A stretch of 64,000 nt of DNA, from contig OZ037769.1 of assembly GCA_964035545.1 (NCBI GenBank), positions 2,852,001-2,916,000 of the forward strand. Direction: 5' to 3'. Under the pieces are notes generated by a model. The model searched no databases. It was not told the origin of the DNA and worked only from the letters and a program-made list of their open reading frames with translations. Position 1 is the stretch's first letter. Each line of letters begins with the position of its first letter. Origin of the DNA: Bugula neritina. Lineage: Eukaryota; Animalia; Bryozoa. This document shows, one piece after another, positions 1 through 13,201 of the stretch. The position numbers and the translations under genes are program-made.

Positions 1-74
1 ATGCATGCATCAGGTGACACGGCTACAGCTCATTGGCTGATTCAGTTCTCAACATTATAGTCGGGATTCGGGCA

Positions 75-80
75 TATAAA
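75..80 (+). promoter_or_regulatory. Candidate TATA box of secreted precursor 1
   Basis: TATAAA lies ~45 bp upstream of the ATG at 124, with a reverse CCAAT (ATTGG) at ~32-36. Confidence 0.45.
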
Positions 81-123
81 CTCTGCATCTTAGTTGTGAC
101 TTTGCAGTGAGTATAAACTCACC

Positions 124-1269
124 ATGAAACTTGTATTAATAGGAATTCTGGTAGTGGCAGCTGGAATAGCAAACTCTCGAAGAATTCATAATGGTAAAAT
201 ACTTATCATTCTTACAAAAAAGATTGAGTTTTACATTTCTCGAGTCAAGAACAAGTGATAGTTAATAGATAAATATAGAATGTCATATACAATCGAAAAG
301 CTTAACAATTGTTTTTATAGCTCATCAGTCTTTAAGTCTTAAAAGACAAATTAAAAATTGTATTGTATATAGTTGGGATCTAAAACAATTAGTTTTCATT
401 TTTCAAAATTTATTTTAGATGTCGAGTCATATAACATAAGAGCCCGGCGTGGGTTCTCTATGTCGCTAGACCAGTTAAAGTCATTTCTAAATGGACAAAG
501 TGGAAGCACCAATGCCAACTCTAACACCAACACCAACACCAATGCAAATCAGCAAAGCTCCAGTTCGACAAAGAACCTGAAAAACAACTTGAAAAATACT
601 GCTAGAAATTCGGTAACAAACTTGGCAACTGATTATGGCGGTCCAGTTGGTGGCGCGTTGGCGACGAGCCTGACAAGCAAAGGCACCATGAAAAAAGTTG
701 GTAATATGTTCAAAGGACTGGGAAAAAGCAGTAAGTAAATTTCTTTTCTAATAACCAAATTTACGTTTCTAAAAATGGCTGTTGTATGTTAAATAATTAT
801 AAATAGTTACTTGTGACTGTGCAGTGTCTTCTTACATTGTAGCGATTCAATGACTCAATGATGGTTCAGGCTTACTTGCACATATATGCATTGTTTTGGA
901 GATGTATGAATTTATTTGCACGCTTTTATAGAAAAGAAGAAAAAGGAAAAGAAAAAGAAGAAAAAGGCTAAAGAAGCCCAGCAAGCTCAAAACAGTAACA
1001 ATGGTTGTACTTGCAATGGAAATAATGGGAGTAATGGCAGCAATGGAAATAATGGGAATAATGGCAATGGAAATAATGGGAATAATGGAAATAATGGGAA
1101 TAATGGCAATGGAAATAATGGGAGTAATGGTAGCAATGGAAATAATGGAAATAGTAAAAATAACAATAATCGCAATGGTGGCAATGGTAACAATGGGAAA
1201 TCAGGAAACAGCAATGGAAAGCATAAAAATAAGCATAAGAAACAAAATCGTAACAACAATAACAAATAA
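124..1269 (+). CDS. Secreted precursor 1 (~239 aa): signal peptide, RARR furin-type site, cationic helical region, poly-Lys, Asn/Gly repeat tail
   Basis: Exons 124-193 (MKLVLIGILVVAAGIANSRRIHN), 419-730 and 932-1269 join in frame through GT-AG phase-1 introns. The protein reads DVESYNIRARR|GFSMSLDQLKSFL...KKVGNMFKGLGKS-KKKKKEKKKKKKAK...NGNNG repeats. TATAAA lies at 75-80 and AATAAA at ~1302. Confidence 0.85.
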
Positions 1270-2965
1270 TAGAGCTTTTGTCTATGACTTTTTTATTTTG
1301 AAATAAAGTCATGAGACGAAATCATTTAATTTTATGTGAAGTTTTGAGCATTAGTAAAGATCAATTTGCATAAACATTAGCAATATTTTTCCGCATAGAA
1401 AAGTTCTCTTATTTAATAATTTTTTCAATAAATTTTGTAAGAGTAAAAACTCAATATGTATTATAGCCATTTCTCAAATTAACATTTTCAACAAGTTTTC
1501 AAAGACTTTTCAGTCAAGTTTATAGACAACAATTTTTGATCAACATTGGGCCTTCTTTCAATTATATTCTTTAGGTAGATTTTGTGAGTTTCCTTTAGAC
1601 AGATATATCCACATTTCTATAAAGCATATCATACTAATATATTTCATGATGATTTAACACAATGAGCAAAAAGTGTATATTCTATTGAAAACTTAATTAA
1701 AATTGAAAAAACATATCAAAGCTAAATTTTGACAAAGATACAAGCCCTGTTTTTATAATTAGAGATTTAACTTTGCTGTTGACCAATCACATGACTTGAG
1801 AAAAAAAATATATGGAACCATAGGCATTCTTTGCTACATCTTGTTAAGCACAATTTATATCTACATAATATAGCTATCTTCAATTAAGTTCTATAAAAGA
1901 AATTGAGATTATAGCTTTTGTGGAGAAAACTGCAAGAAAATCAAGTTTGGTTGCAGAAGGAGCCTTTATTTAAAACTGAAAGAGTTCAGGAGGCTGCAGT
2001 GTAACAAATATTTGAGCAAACTTAATAAGCCAACATACTAATCATGTTTTATGTTAGCTAGCCTGCTTACTGCTTATATATAGTGCTTACTGCTACAAAA
2101 TGAGAATACTGTGTTAGCTTTTATAACATATATTCCAGCCTTCAAAAGATTGACTGCAGCTGACATGGAAAGATGGCGATAAACATTCTTACAGTGAATG
2201 ATGCCTAAAATATGAATAGTTAAGTGTGCTTGTATGCGATTTGTTATAGATGTGCTTATATGTGAAAAGCTGGATGTGCTTAGAAGCATTTAACTGAAGG
2301 TTATTAGCTGAGTGTGATTATATATGTGGTCAGCTTAGGCTTGCAGTAATTTATAAATAATTTATATTAATTATCAGCATTAGAAAAATTTCTTTTCAAA
2401 ATTGACTGCGGAGTCATCAAACTGTCTAAAAGGCTTGCTTAAAAAGCTGTATTGTATTATGGTCATATGTTCTATGTTTTGAACCTGCCACACAATCAAT
2501 ATTTTAATTCAGCTAAAATTTAAAAGATATTGCTATGCCTCTAACTATTATATGTAGGCTAATTTGTAATAATCTAAATGCATGCAGATATAAGACTGCA
2601 GATCTTTTCCTTAGCTTTGAAGCAGCTCTGAGTCACCCCAGACTTTACTCTTCTTATATGTGTCAGATCAACAGAGCAGAGCACTTGCTTGACATGGCAG
2701 CTCTAGTTGAGATATTTGTAACACTTTTCATTCACTGAACAAGGATGAAACTCATGGGAAGTGAGTGTAGAGATAAACTTAATGATGAAATAGAGCAAAA
2801 GCATTAGCAATGCACCAACCCAGCAGACAGTAAAAACTAAAAAAAACAACTAATAAGAAGCTCAAAAAAAACATAAAATATTGAAAAATTAATTAATTTT
2901 AAAGTTTTAGTAACTTGAAAAATATTATGCATGGTTAACATAATACCCTATAACATTCTGTTAGA

Positions 2966-3195
2966 CTGCTGCTACTTTTACTGCTGCTGCTACTACTACT
3001 GCTATTATTGCTACTACTGCTACTACTATACTACTAATGCTACTGCTACTGCTACTACTGCTGCTGCTACTACTGCTGCTGCTACTGCTACTGCTGCTAC
3101 TGCTGCTGCTACTACTGCTGCTGCTTCTACTACTGCTACTACTATAACTACAATTACTACTGCTACTGTTGCTGCTGCTGCTATTGCTGCGCTGC
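2966..3195. repeat. Imperfect (CTG/CTA)n trinucleotide microsatellite
   Basis: Runs of ctgctg/ctacta; these explain the spurious ORF 2931-3284. Confidence 0.9.
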
Positions 3196-4158
3196 TAGAA
3201 ATATTTAGAATTGTGCCACATAGTTCTTTCTGTAGCTCTACTCCAACAAACCAGCCATATATATATGACAGTTCTGTTGTATAAGTGACACTCTGTGATT
3301 ACAGAACTTGTTAAAATTTAATCACATAAAATATGGTGGTAATATTGTACACTGATTACATGGCTATATTGTAGGTGTGAATTATATTCAGTATTTTTCA
3401 ATTAAACACTAAATTATAGGAACAGCCTTTATTATATACCACTTGGATAAATTTATAAATAACTAAAATAACTATTTATTAATTAAATATATAAAAACTA
3501 TGACATTGTGATATATAGAAGCTTGTAGAGTGAGAGTTTCTCTGAGACAACAGCTTTTTAGTTGTATAAACTTTCAGTATTCAGATTGGTTGATGCCAAT
3601 TGTTTAATCTCTGATACACTTTAATATGTAAACTATAGCTGCATGGTACTGTAAAGTCCAAATTTTAATGGGGCTCACATTAGCATCAAAACCAGGTTTT
3701 CATGCAAGGTATATAAAAATTATACTATACCATATAATATAGCAACTTATTATTATAGTATATAGTATCCTACTTTAGTACCATATTATAATATAGTACA
3801 TTATAATATATAGTACATGGTACAATATAATACTATGTTATAATATATGGTACTGAAATATAGAATACTATACCATGACAGTATATAACTATACAACAAT
3901 TCATGGAAATATTCCAAGTATAGGAAAAACTTGCGGCGTTTATTTAAAACACACCAACTTATGTTTTTCCACGGAATTGCCAATGCCCTCGTCCAGCATG
4001 ATTACATCAGTGTTTATCCACAATGATGTCTATTAAAATAAATGCACAAACAGCATTGGGCTTGGCTGTGGCATTTACCCTAGCTTGGCTGTATAGCGTC
4101 TGTTTAATATAAGCAAAAGGTATCTATGGCAATTCATATTATTTCCCAGTCCATCACC

Positions 4159-7100
4159 ATGGGGTGGAAAATATTTCAGCGACTTCTTTTAACAAATCTT
4201 ATTCTACTGCTAGTGACTTACACTGCAAAAGGCTTGGCACTAGAAGCATCAGGTTTGATAATATTGTTTCTTTTGTTTAAATAAAATTTTATCTTATAGT
4301 TAATCAGAAAAGTTTAAATATGTATATAGTGTTCACAAGATTGAGAATACGAATTTCTCATGTGTTTACAATGTTTAGACTTTATAACAATAATGTAGGT
4401 TTTGTAGTTTTTACTATCATGGCAGTGTGAGTTTAAGAATAATACAGTTTAGAGTCATGAAACTCTATCAAAAGCAGACTAATAAGTAATATTTTTAAAT
4501 CTCTATAATGTATTGAAAATCAGAATTTGCTAGGCTGGTAGCAAGTTTGTAGAGCTTCTATAAAAATTTTCGAATAATTAAAACATGTGTTGCATTTTTA
4601 GATGCAACAGAAGATGTATTGGAAAAACGTGATAAAATTATGGATGAGGCAAAGAAAGCAATTTCTTCAGCTGTAGAGTCAAGTAATGGAGATCCAGTGA
4701 AGTTGAAAAAAGCGCTTGTGAAAGCAGGTGTGGATGGTGCAACAAAGTCTGGAATAAAGACTGCTACTGGTCTTGTTTCTGAATTTGTTGGGTCAAAGTT
4801 TGGAAAAATGGTAGAAGATATTATGAGCAAGGCAGAGAAAGATGTTGACAAGGTGGTTGACAAGTACACTGTGAAAGGAGCTATAAAAGTCAAGCATGCA
4901 GTAAGGAAGGTCTCTCCTCATAAAGAGAAAGGAGATAAGAAGGAATCTAAAAAGAAAATCTCAAAAAAGAAACCTAAATCCAGTGACGGTCATAGCTTAA
5001 AAAGCCATATTCAACAACGAGTTGGTAGTCTGCATGGTAAGTTAGAGAATCAAATTGACTGCAAAATTTCAAAGTATGTGATTTGAGTCTCTAGTGAAGT
5101 AGTGTGGTAATTTAGCGATATAAGTTGTTCGGTGTAGTATTCAATGCCTAAATAGCCTATAACCAACTGCAATTTTAGCACAACATTTTAGGAGGCAAAG
5201 ATAAAAAGCTCCCTGTAAAGAAGCATCATCTAAAGAAAGCTCACCCAAAAAAAGCTCATTCAAAGAAACCTCATTCAAAGAAAGACCACCCAAAGAATGC
5301 TCATCCAAAGAAAGACCACTCAAAGAAACCTCATTCAAAGAAAGATCACTCAAAGAAGGTTAAATCCAAAAAAGCTCACTTAAGGAAAACGCAACCGAAA
5401 AAAGCTTTGTTAAAAGCATCTCACCCTAAAACTGCAATTTCTCACAATCCTAAGAAATCTAATAAAAAAGAGAACCATCTTAAAAAGAAACAACCACTTA
5501 AACACCATTTAATAAAAACTGACCATATAAAACATGGAATACATCCTCCTAAAAACCCTAAGTCTGGTAAAAAGGAAAAGAACAATTTAAAAAAGCCATC
5601 AGCACCAAAGCAACAGACAAAGAAGCAAAAAGCAAAAAAGCAAAATATAAAAAAGATCAATGGTAAAAAGCAGAAGATAGAAGCAACTAAAGCTAAGAAG
5701 CAACAGAGCAGTAAAACTCACCCTAATAAGTTGAAGCAACACAAAGCCGAAAAGCATAAACTAAAAGATGCTTTACACAAAATTGAAAAACCGAAGAAAG
5801 GAAAGGTATCTAAAAAAGTGAAGCAAAAGGTAAACGATAAAAAGAAGTTGTCTGCTGCAAAGCATAAGACTGTGAAGATAGCTAATTCAAAAGCAAAAAA
5901 GTTAAAAGCTAAATCAACAAAAGTAAAAACTCCAAAACCATTGCCTCATTGCAAGCCAAAGGGTAAAAAGCCTTGCCTATTACAATCAGCCAAGAAGTCA
6001 GCAAAGCCTGCATCCAATTCAACTAAAAAAGCTCAAATTCATAAGCCCAAAGCTCCTCCAAAAGGTAAAAAGAAAAAGCCAAAAGTTGACTCAAAAAAAT
6101 CTAAAAACAAATCAGCAACCACTAAACATAAGGTGAAAATTTCCAAAAAGAAAGACCTTAAAAAGAAAACAAAGCCATTGAAGCCGTCAAAACCATCAAA
6201 ACCATCAAAACCATCAAAACCATCAAAACCATCAAAGCCATCCAAACCATCAAAGACATCAAAGACACCAAAACCATTAAAGAAATCAAAGACACCAAAA
6301 CCATTAAAGAAATCAAAGTCGCCAAAGAAATCAAAGCCATTAAAACCATCAAAAACACCAAAGCCATCAAAGACACCAAAACCATTAAAAGCTAAAAAAG
6401 TTAAGCTTCCTACACATAAAAGTCCTCTAAAGAAAAAGGCAAAGAAAAAAGAAAACTTGAAGAAAGCAAATTCTAAAGAACATAAAATCAAACTAGCTGT
6501 AACTAAAAGCAAAGCTAAGATTCACAAGAAAAAAGATCATAAAAATTTACAAGGAAAAAATTCTAAACCTTCTAAGCCTAAGGGCCCAGCAAAAAGCAAA
6601 GATAAGAAAAAAGGAAAGTCAAAGAAGAAGTCTAAACACTCTAAAGTCAAGCCAGCAGCTAATAAAAACACAGTAAAAAAGCCTAAAATTGCACCTGAAA
6701 AGCATGCAGCCCAAAACTCAGATAATAAAAGAGAAAAACGGAAATTAAAAGACATTTTGGGAAAAGTAAAGCTAAAGTTGGAAGTTAGTAAAATAAAAGT
6801 TGACCCAAAGCTTAGCCATAAGCCAGAGTTTTTGAAAGAGGTAGTTCATACTAGTCAGTCAAATAAAAAACCGGCATTAATGGTTGCCATTACAAAGCTC
6901 TTCAACAAAAAGAAACTTCGTGCATCTATGGCACACAAACTAAAGGGAGCAATAAGAAAAGCTCACATGAAGAATGCGATTAAAAATCTTAAATTAAAAC
7001 ATAAGGCTGCGAAAGGCACAAAGAAATTGACTAAGGCTTCTAGTGCTCACCACAGCACAAAGCATGTTTTGCCGAAACCTGCTCCTACTCACCAGAAAGC

Positions 7101-7755
7101 TTCACTCCAACATAAAGCAGAAAAGGTATTGAAGAAAAAACTAAAGAAGCATGATGCTAATAAGAAGGTAGTTCACACAAAAGAAGAGCACAAAGGTAAA
7201 CCAATTGTCAAAAGTCCCACAAACAAAACGAAACATGAAGCTAAGAGTCATAGCAAAGCAACTACAAAGATTACATCCGTAAAAAATGACAAGAAAAAGA
7301 AGAAAGGGAAAGAAGTGAAAGAGCAAGAAAAGTCACATGACTCAAAAAAATCGACACATAAAACTCATGCTGCAGATTCCTCAAAAAAAGCAAAAGAAAA
7401 AGATCAGCTGAAGAAAAAGCTGAAGAAAGTAGAAAAACAGCTCAAGAGGCCTTTAGAAAAAACTTTGGTCAAAGCTGGAGTAAAAGAATTAAAAGCACCT
7501 GAAAAACTCTCAGAAAAAAAGAAAGATAAACTGGAGAAGAAACTATCAACTCTAAAGAAATCACACGAGGAAACACAGAAAAAAGCTCTGAAAAAGGTTC
7601 AAGAGCTGAAGAAACAACTGAAAGATGCAATTAACAGTCCTACAATAACCATTGACAAAGTAAAGAGTCTTTTGAAAGAGATTGTTGCAGAGATCAAAGT
7701 AAAAAAAGCAAAGGCTGTTGGAAAAATAAAAAAGCTGCTTGATAATAAAGATTAA
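4159..7755 (+). CDS. Secreted precursor 2 (~1030 aa): giant Lys/His/Pro/Ser-rich polycationic protein
   Basis: Exon 4159-4252 (MGWKIFQRLLLTNLILLLVTYTAKGLALEAS, signal peptide). Exon 4602-5036 (DATEDVLEKR|DKIMDEAKK...; donor CATG|GTAAGT). Exon 5192-7755 is in frame with ORF 5407-7755, which stays open upstream to the TTTTAG acceptor. Both introns are phase 1. Confidence 0.85.
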
Positions 7756-8300
7756 CTCTGTCGTTAGTATATCCCGGCTTGAACCAAAAACCTTTTGGTC
7801 AGAATGCCTGTTATATTTAATAATGATAAGTTTTAGGAAATAGATTTATTTCCTTGAAACCTTTGTTAAACTGTTACAATATGTGCTTCTGCGCTGTACC
7901 AACTTTTTATGAGTTGTACAACATATGGATTACCAAATATTCACAAAAGTATTATAATAAATATAATATCATAATTTATGCAGCAAGCATTTTATTATAT
8001 ATGAAATAAATTAGAAGCAAATAAAATTAATGTAAACATTTATTATGTGGATGTTAATGCAATTTTTATTGGATCTACTATGTTTTTATAGACATTGGAA
8101 AAAAATAAGACACTAAAAGTGGTATTTTATCAATAAAATATATTAGCTTCACAATATTCTGTGCAGTTTTAAAATTCCAATAATATATTATTAGTAACAG
8201 ATGCTTGGGCATTCAACATAAAAAATATACATGCATTTCACACATTTCAGCAAGCAATAGTCTGTTGATGATTTAAAGTATAAAGCATTAATTAGTATAG

Positions 8301-8457
8301 CAGTAGTGGAGAAATTGAGAAAGTCTAAGTTCTTTAATTTTATTATTAAATTTTGGTTTGAGGCGTGGGTTGAAATTATCATAAGAACATATAATTTTTT
8401 CTGCTACATTTCTAATCTAGAACACAGGCTTAATTTCTCTATTTCTCCATTACTGCA
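8301..8457. mobile_element. Short copy of the TIR element family found at 35.0-35.5 kb
   Basis: GTGGAGAAATTG...AAATTTTGGTTTG...TGCTACATTTCTAATCTAGAA(C/T)ACAGGCTT is shared with 35008-35137. It ends in TTTCTCCATTACTGC, an imperfect inverted copy of its start. Confidence 0.6.
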
Positions 8458-8534
8458 CCTACCACGTATAAAGTGCATATATGTACACACGATACGCAAG
8501 CACAGAATAAGATAACCTAACCAGTTCCTCCCCC

Positions 8535-8858
<324 letters not shown>

Positions 8859-11151
8859 TATGTACTATTGATGATTCAGCTTTATTGTTCGTTCTGGCTC
8901 CTAATATACCACTATATGCAGATCTAGGATCTACTTTTTCTTGTTATAGCTGTAGCTTGAACATTTAAATCATCAATCCATATCTAATATTTGTGGTAGA
9001 GTTCTCTGGTCTCTGATAAAATTATATTAAAACTTTGAGATAGCTCTTGATTTTGACATAGCATGTAACTTGAGAAATATTCAATTAGTGGTTTAAAAGA
9101 CAATTATAGCTACAGTGCTATTGCGCCATAGGCCCTGTCATTTTGTTTATTTTTTTCTCAATTAATTTTTTCCCTACTATGACAAAATAAAAACAAACAA
9201 ACAAACAAACTGTATAGACTTTGTGTCAAGTCATAGCAAGTACATTTGTTACTAGACAACAATTCACCCAACTGATTCTATTTAGTAATTCCTGCAAAGT
9301 TTACACACACTGCCATGCTACATTTAGATAGCAGACAACTCCAGAGAAAGTAAAATCGTTTCGCATATCCTCTAATTATAGTTATTATTGGTGGTCTCAG
9401 AATTTTTCTGTCTGTTTATGAGGATGGATCAGACTTCAGTCATCATTGCAAAACCATGTCAAGATTGTATGCAGAGCTGAATGTATTTATATAAGCTATT
9501 TGGAAGTTTTCCACTGTATAAGTACTTATATCGTCATCTGCATATACCACATTTCACTTCAAATCTACTTCATTCAAGCTTTTGTATTACAGTGTAGGTA
9601 TTTGCTTCAGAGCTAGCAATATAATTCATATGACATAAAAAACATATAAAAAGCGCAATGAAAATCTAAGATTTGTTCAACAGGTTTGTTGGCATTAGAC
9701 CTAATTTTTCAGCACATCATATTTAGGGCATATGCTTATAGCAAGCTTTGTTATATGCTATAACAGCATTTTACACCATTTTATACATTCAATGAGCTGC
9801 CGCATCATGTTTGTTGCAAGTTTTGATAACTTACAAGTTATTAAGATAGACGAGTTTATATAAAAGTGAAGGCTTAAGTACCACGGAACACAAACTAGTT
9901 GAAACTTTCAACTATTCATACAAAAGGCTAATTTTTATAACTTTAGTTTGCAGTCATAGCAACCTGTTATATCTTAAAGGCAAAGCTTTACTGTGCATAC
10001 ACTTTAGAATAAGCTATTACACATAAGTTCTGATTGCAACAACAAAGCTGTTTTTACGCTGTGTGATGCAGGTTCCATTTTAATATTTATTGTTAAGCAT
10101 GTACGAATATTTCATTGTAAATTCCCAAATTCTATTAGCATGTTTCAACAGTGTACGGCATTTCTCTTTGACAAGTTTCAATTAAATTGCATTCTACTTC
10201 CTGAAGCATACCAGCTGTTCCATTTTTCTGCTAGTTTTACTAAAGCCAAGCCGAGGTAAAAATTTCTGGAAACACAAGCTGCTGTCAAGCAGCGTCATGC
10301 CTCTACAGTTAGAACTAGATGCAACAAACCATAAATTAGCCGCGTTTGTGTTTGGACCAGCCGCTTTGCCAAGCTAAGTGTATTGTAAAAGTTTCACATC
10401 GCGTAGTGGTTTGGGCATAATAAAGTATTTATAGATGTCTAATATATACCTAGTTATAAATTTACACAATCACAAAACCATAGCTCATAGTTTGTAGTAT
10501 AATATCTGTTACATTGGTGTCACTATAGGTAAATACTTTTTACTTTAATGCACTTGTTGAAAATGTTTTGCGTTAGAATTGGTAACATTTGTTTCCAAAT
10601 GCGGTTCCATAAATAATTTCACTTCTATGGTCAAATATGCAAAAAATTAGGTGGAAAAATAATGGAAGATGTTAATTTAAAAAGTTAATTTAGAATATTT
10701 AAAGTTTTAGGGTCTATATGCCACGCACGCAAATGACAACCATGCAGCCTAATTATAGTATGTCATAAACTCAGTCTAATGTAGCTATTGGGACATATAC
10801 TCTAAGTAACATCTCATTTATATGCTATTTGAACTATAGTAAACATATTATAAAAGGCTTTTTATTGCATTTTAAATAATTACCCCACAGTTTCTTATAA
10901 TTACAAAGCTTGTAGTTTGCAAAACCGTGCAAGGTGTATAAATGTGCCAACTACCTTTCTTGTAAATAGATTGAAACAAAATTGTGACATATAGCCTATT
11001 CTATATCAGTTTATAGCTAATGCGTGGGCTCTATCACCCACCCTCTACCCAGATAAATTTTCAACATTTGAAAAAGGCAAACACTTGCAGAATGATTTTT
11101 ACATTTTGAAATATTTGAACACTGTTAAAGCAAACTATAATATTCCCCATG

Positions 11152-11358
11152 CAGAGTTGGGGTCAATTACATATGAATGTAATTAATTACAATTATAATT
11201 ACATGAAAATTTGTCAATTTCAATTACAATTATAGTTACAGTTAAAATATATGTAATTAATTACAACTACAATTACATTTTATATACCAAATACAAGTTA
11301 CACTCAATTAATTGAAAAAATTTAATGAATTACAACCAATTACAATTACCCAAACCCT
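11152..11358. mobile_element. MITE-like element with internal (CAATTA)n-type repeats
   Basis: Starts CAGAGTTGGGGTCAATTAC and ends CAATTACCCAAACCCT. A related copy lies in opposite orientation at 30128-30532. Confidence 0.65.
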
Positions 11359-11524
11359 AAATTATCTTCTATAAATAATATATGCGCAATAGCTAGGAGA
11401 GAGGCAAGCGTGTAAAATTACCATCAGCTATACCCCCACAATTGTAGCGCATCTATAGGCTAGAAAGAGTTGTTATGTATTTTAATCATCAGGATCGCAG
11501 CTAATACTTGGAAGTGGTCGACCA

Positions 11525-13201
11525 ATGGAGGCCAGGGTAGCAGCTTTGCTTGCTGTTGTATTACTCATCACTTCTGCAGGTAAATTTTATTTTAGCTTAT
11601 GTGCAACTTGCATGCATATGTTTATTATTTAGATTTTATGATATGGTCATTGTTTACTGTATAGCTACATGGCATATACCAAGCAATGTCCATATGCTAT
11701 ATTATACATACATGAACCATAAACTCATTGATAATTTTTACAAATTATGTAACTGTTATGTTTTTTGCAAATTTTTTTAGTGTTGCATTCCGTATGCATC
11801 TTTATTTTGTATCAACACTACATTACAATATATATTTCAGTTACAAGTACTTCAGTTTCTAAGCTAATTAGTTCGTGCACAATGTTCATTTAAGTCACCA
11901 TTGTTTCGTGATGCTATATATTTCAAGCTCATTACAAGAGCATTCTGTATACCAATATTATTTTTTTCTATTTAAAACAAATCATATCATTACAAATAGC
12001 CATCAACTGCAAATTTCTTGGTATTTTTAATTATGTGTTGAATTGAAAATCAAATTCGAATTATTCATAGAATGAACATTGATTGTTAGACAAGCATAGA
12101 AAGAACCTGATCCTAAATTTAATTACAGTCCAAAAAGTATCATTAAATATAGAAAAGGAAAACATCCTATAAAAACTAGGTGGTAAAAAATCTTCAAACT
12201 ATAAAGAAAAGTTAAAACACCTAACAAATGTCATTTCACATTATCAGAGATGTTGCATTGATGTTATAGTGTATTATGTGTGAAAATTGTTCAAGTCAAT
12301 TTTCGAAATAAGAGTACAATACACATTTACAGCTATATACCTTTAATTTTCTCCTTGTAATATAATTGTTTTTTAAATTGATTGCTTTGATAGGCAGCAC
12401 AGAAAATAATGGCAGATTTGAAAATAAGCAGAATAGAAATAAAGAAGCTGGTAAGAAGCCACTAAAAGAGCTGATAAAAGACACGAAAGAGAAGTTGTCT
12501 TCTACTGGGCAAGGAAACGCTATAGACAAACAAAACAAGCTTCTGCAGCAAATCTTAGACCAGGCAAAAAAGCTGAACTCAAACACCGCAAACAGTAAGG
12601 TATATGTAAAACACCAAGCAGATACTGGAGCTCCATTGCTATCCATTGCTTTGTCACCTGGAAGTGGTAGAAATATACATATATCACCAAATGTCAGGCA
12701 GCATAGTAGAGGCCCAAAACATCATCAACCATCTCAACTGCCCTCTGATGAAAGTAGAAGTGTACACCCCTCACTTCCAGATCAGCATGGTGGATCCAAA
12801 GCTAACTCCAGTACAACATTTCATAAGTTAAAGGAAGCTCTAAAACACATCAACAAAACGAAACTAGCCAAAGGGGCAAAGAAAGCAATATCAGCGGGTA
12901 TATCTGCCTCTTTGGCAATGTATACTGGAGGATTGGGTAACATAGCCTATGAAATGTTGAAAGACCCGATGTCAAAGCTGGCCGACAAAGGTGCTAAGAT
13001 AGTTGCTTCTAAGGCAAAGAAAGGATGGCATTTGTTGAAAGACAAAGGAGCTAAGGCCAAGAATTTTATGAGAAAGCATTTTGGTTAGTATATTGACATT
13101 GTGGATATTGTCTTATTGATGCATTTATATTCATATTATTATAATAATACAAAACACTGAATATTATTATTTTAGGAAAGAAAAAGTCGAAGTCCAACTG
13201 A
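11525..13201 (+). CDS. Secreted precursor 3 (~256 aa) with C-terminal cationic amphipathic helices
   Basis: Exon 11525-11579 (MEARVAALLAVVLLITSA, donor CAG|GTAAAT). Possible micro-exon 11841-11870. Exon 12394-13083 (donor G|GTTAGT). Exon 13176-13201 (GKKKSKSN*). All introns are phase 1. Confidence 0.78.

Noticed and set aside
968-1312. Cys/His/Tyr-rich and Leu/Pro/Phe-rich alternative ORFs
   Set aside because: These are other frames of the Asn/Gly repeat exon.
5074-5192. Alternative donor AA|GTATGT that would end gene 2 early and make the Lys-rich ORF separate
   Set aside because: The upstream G|GTAAGT at 5037 is a better consensus and gives the in-frame join; a minor short isoform cannot be excluded.
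5407-7755. Histone H1 or protamine-like call
   Set aside because: There is no winged-helix globular domain, and it splices to a signal-peptide exon.
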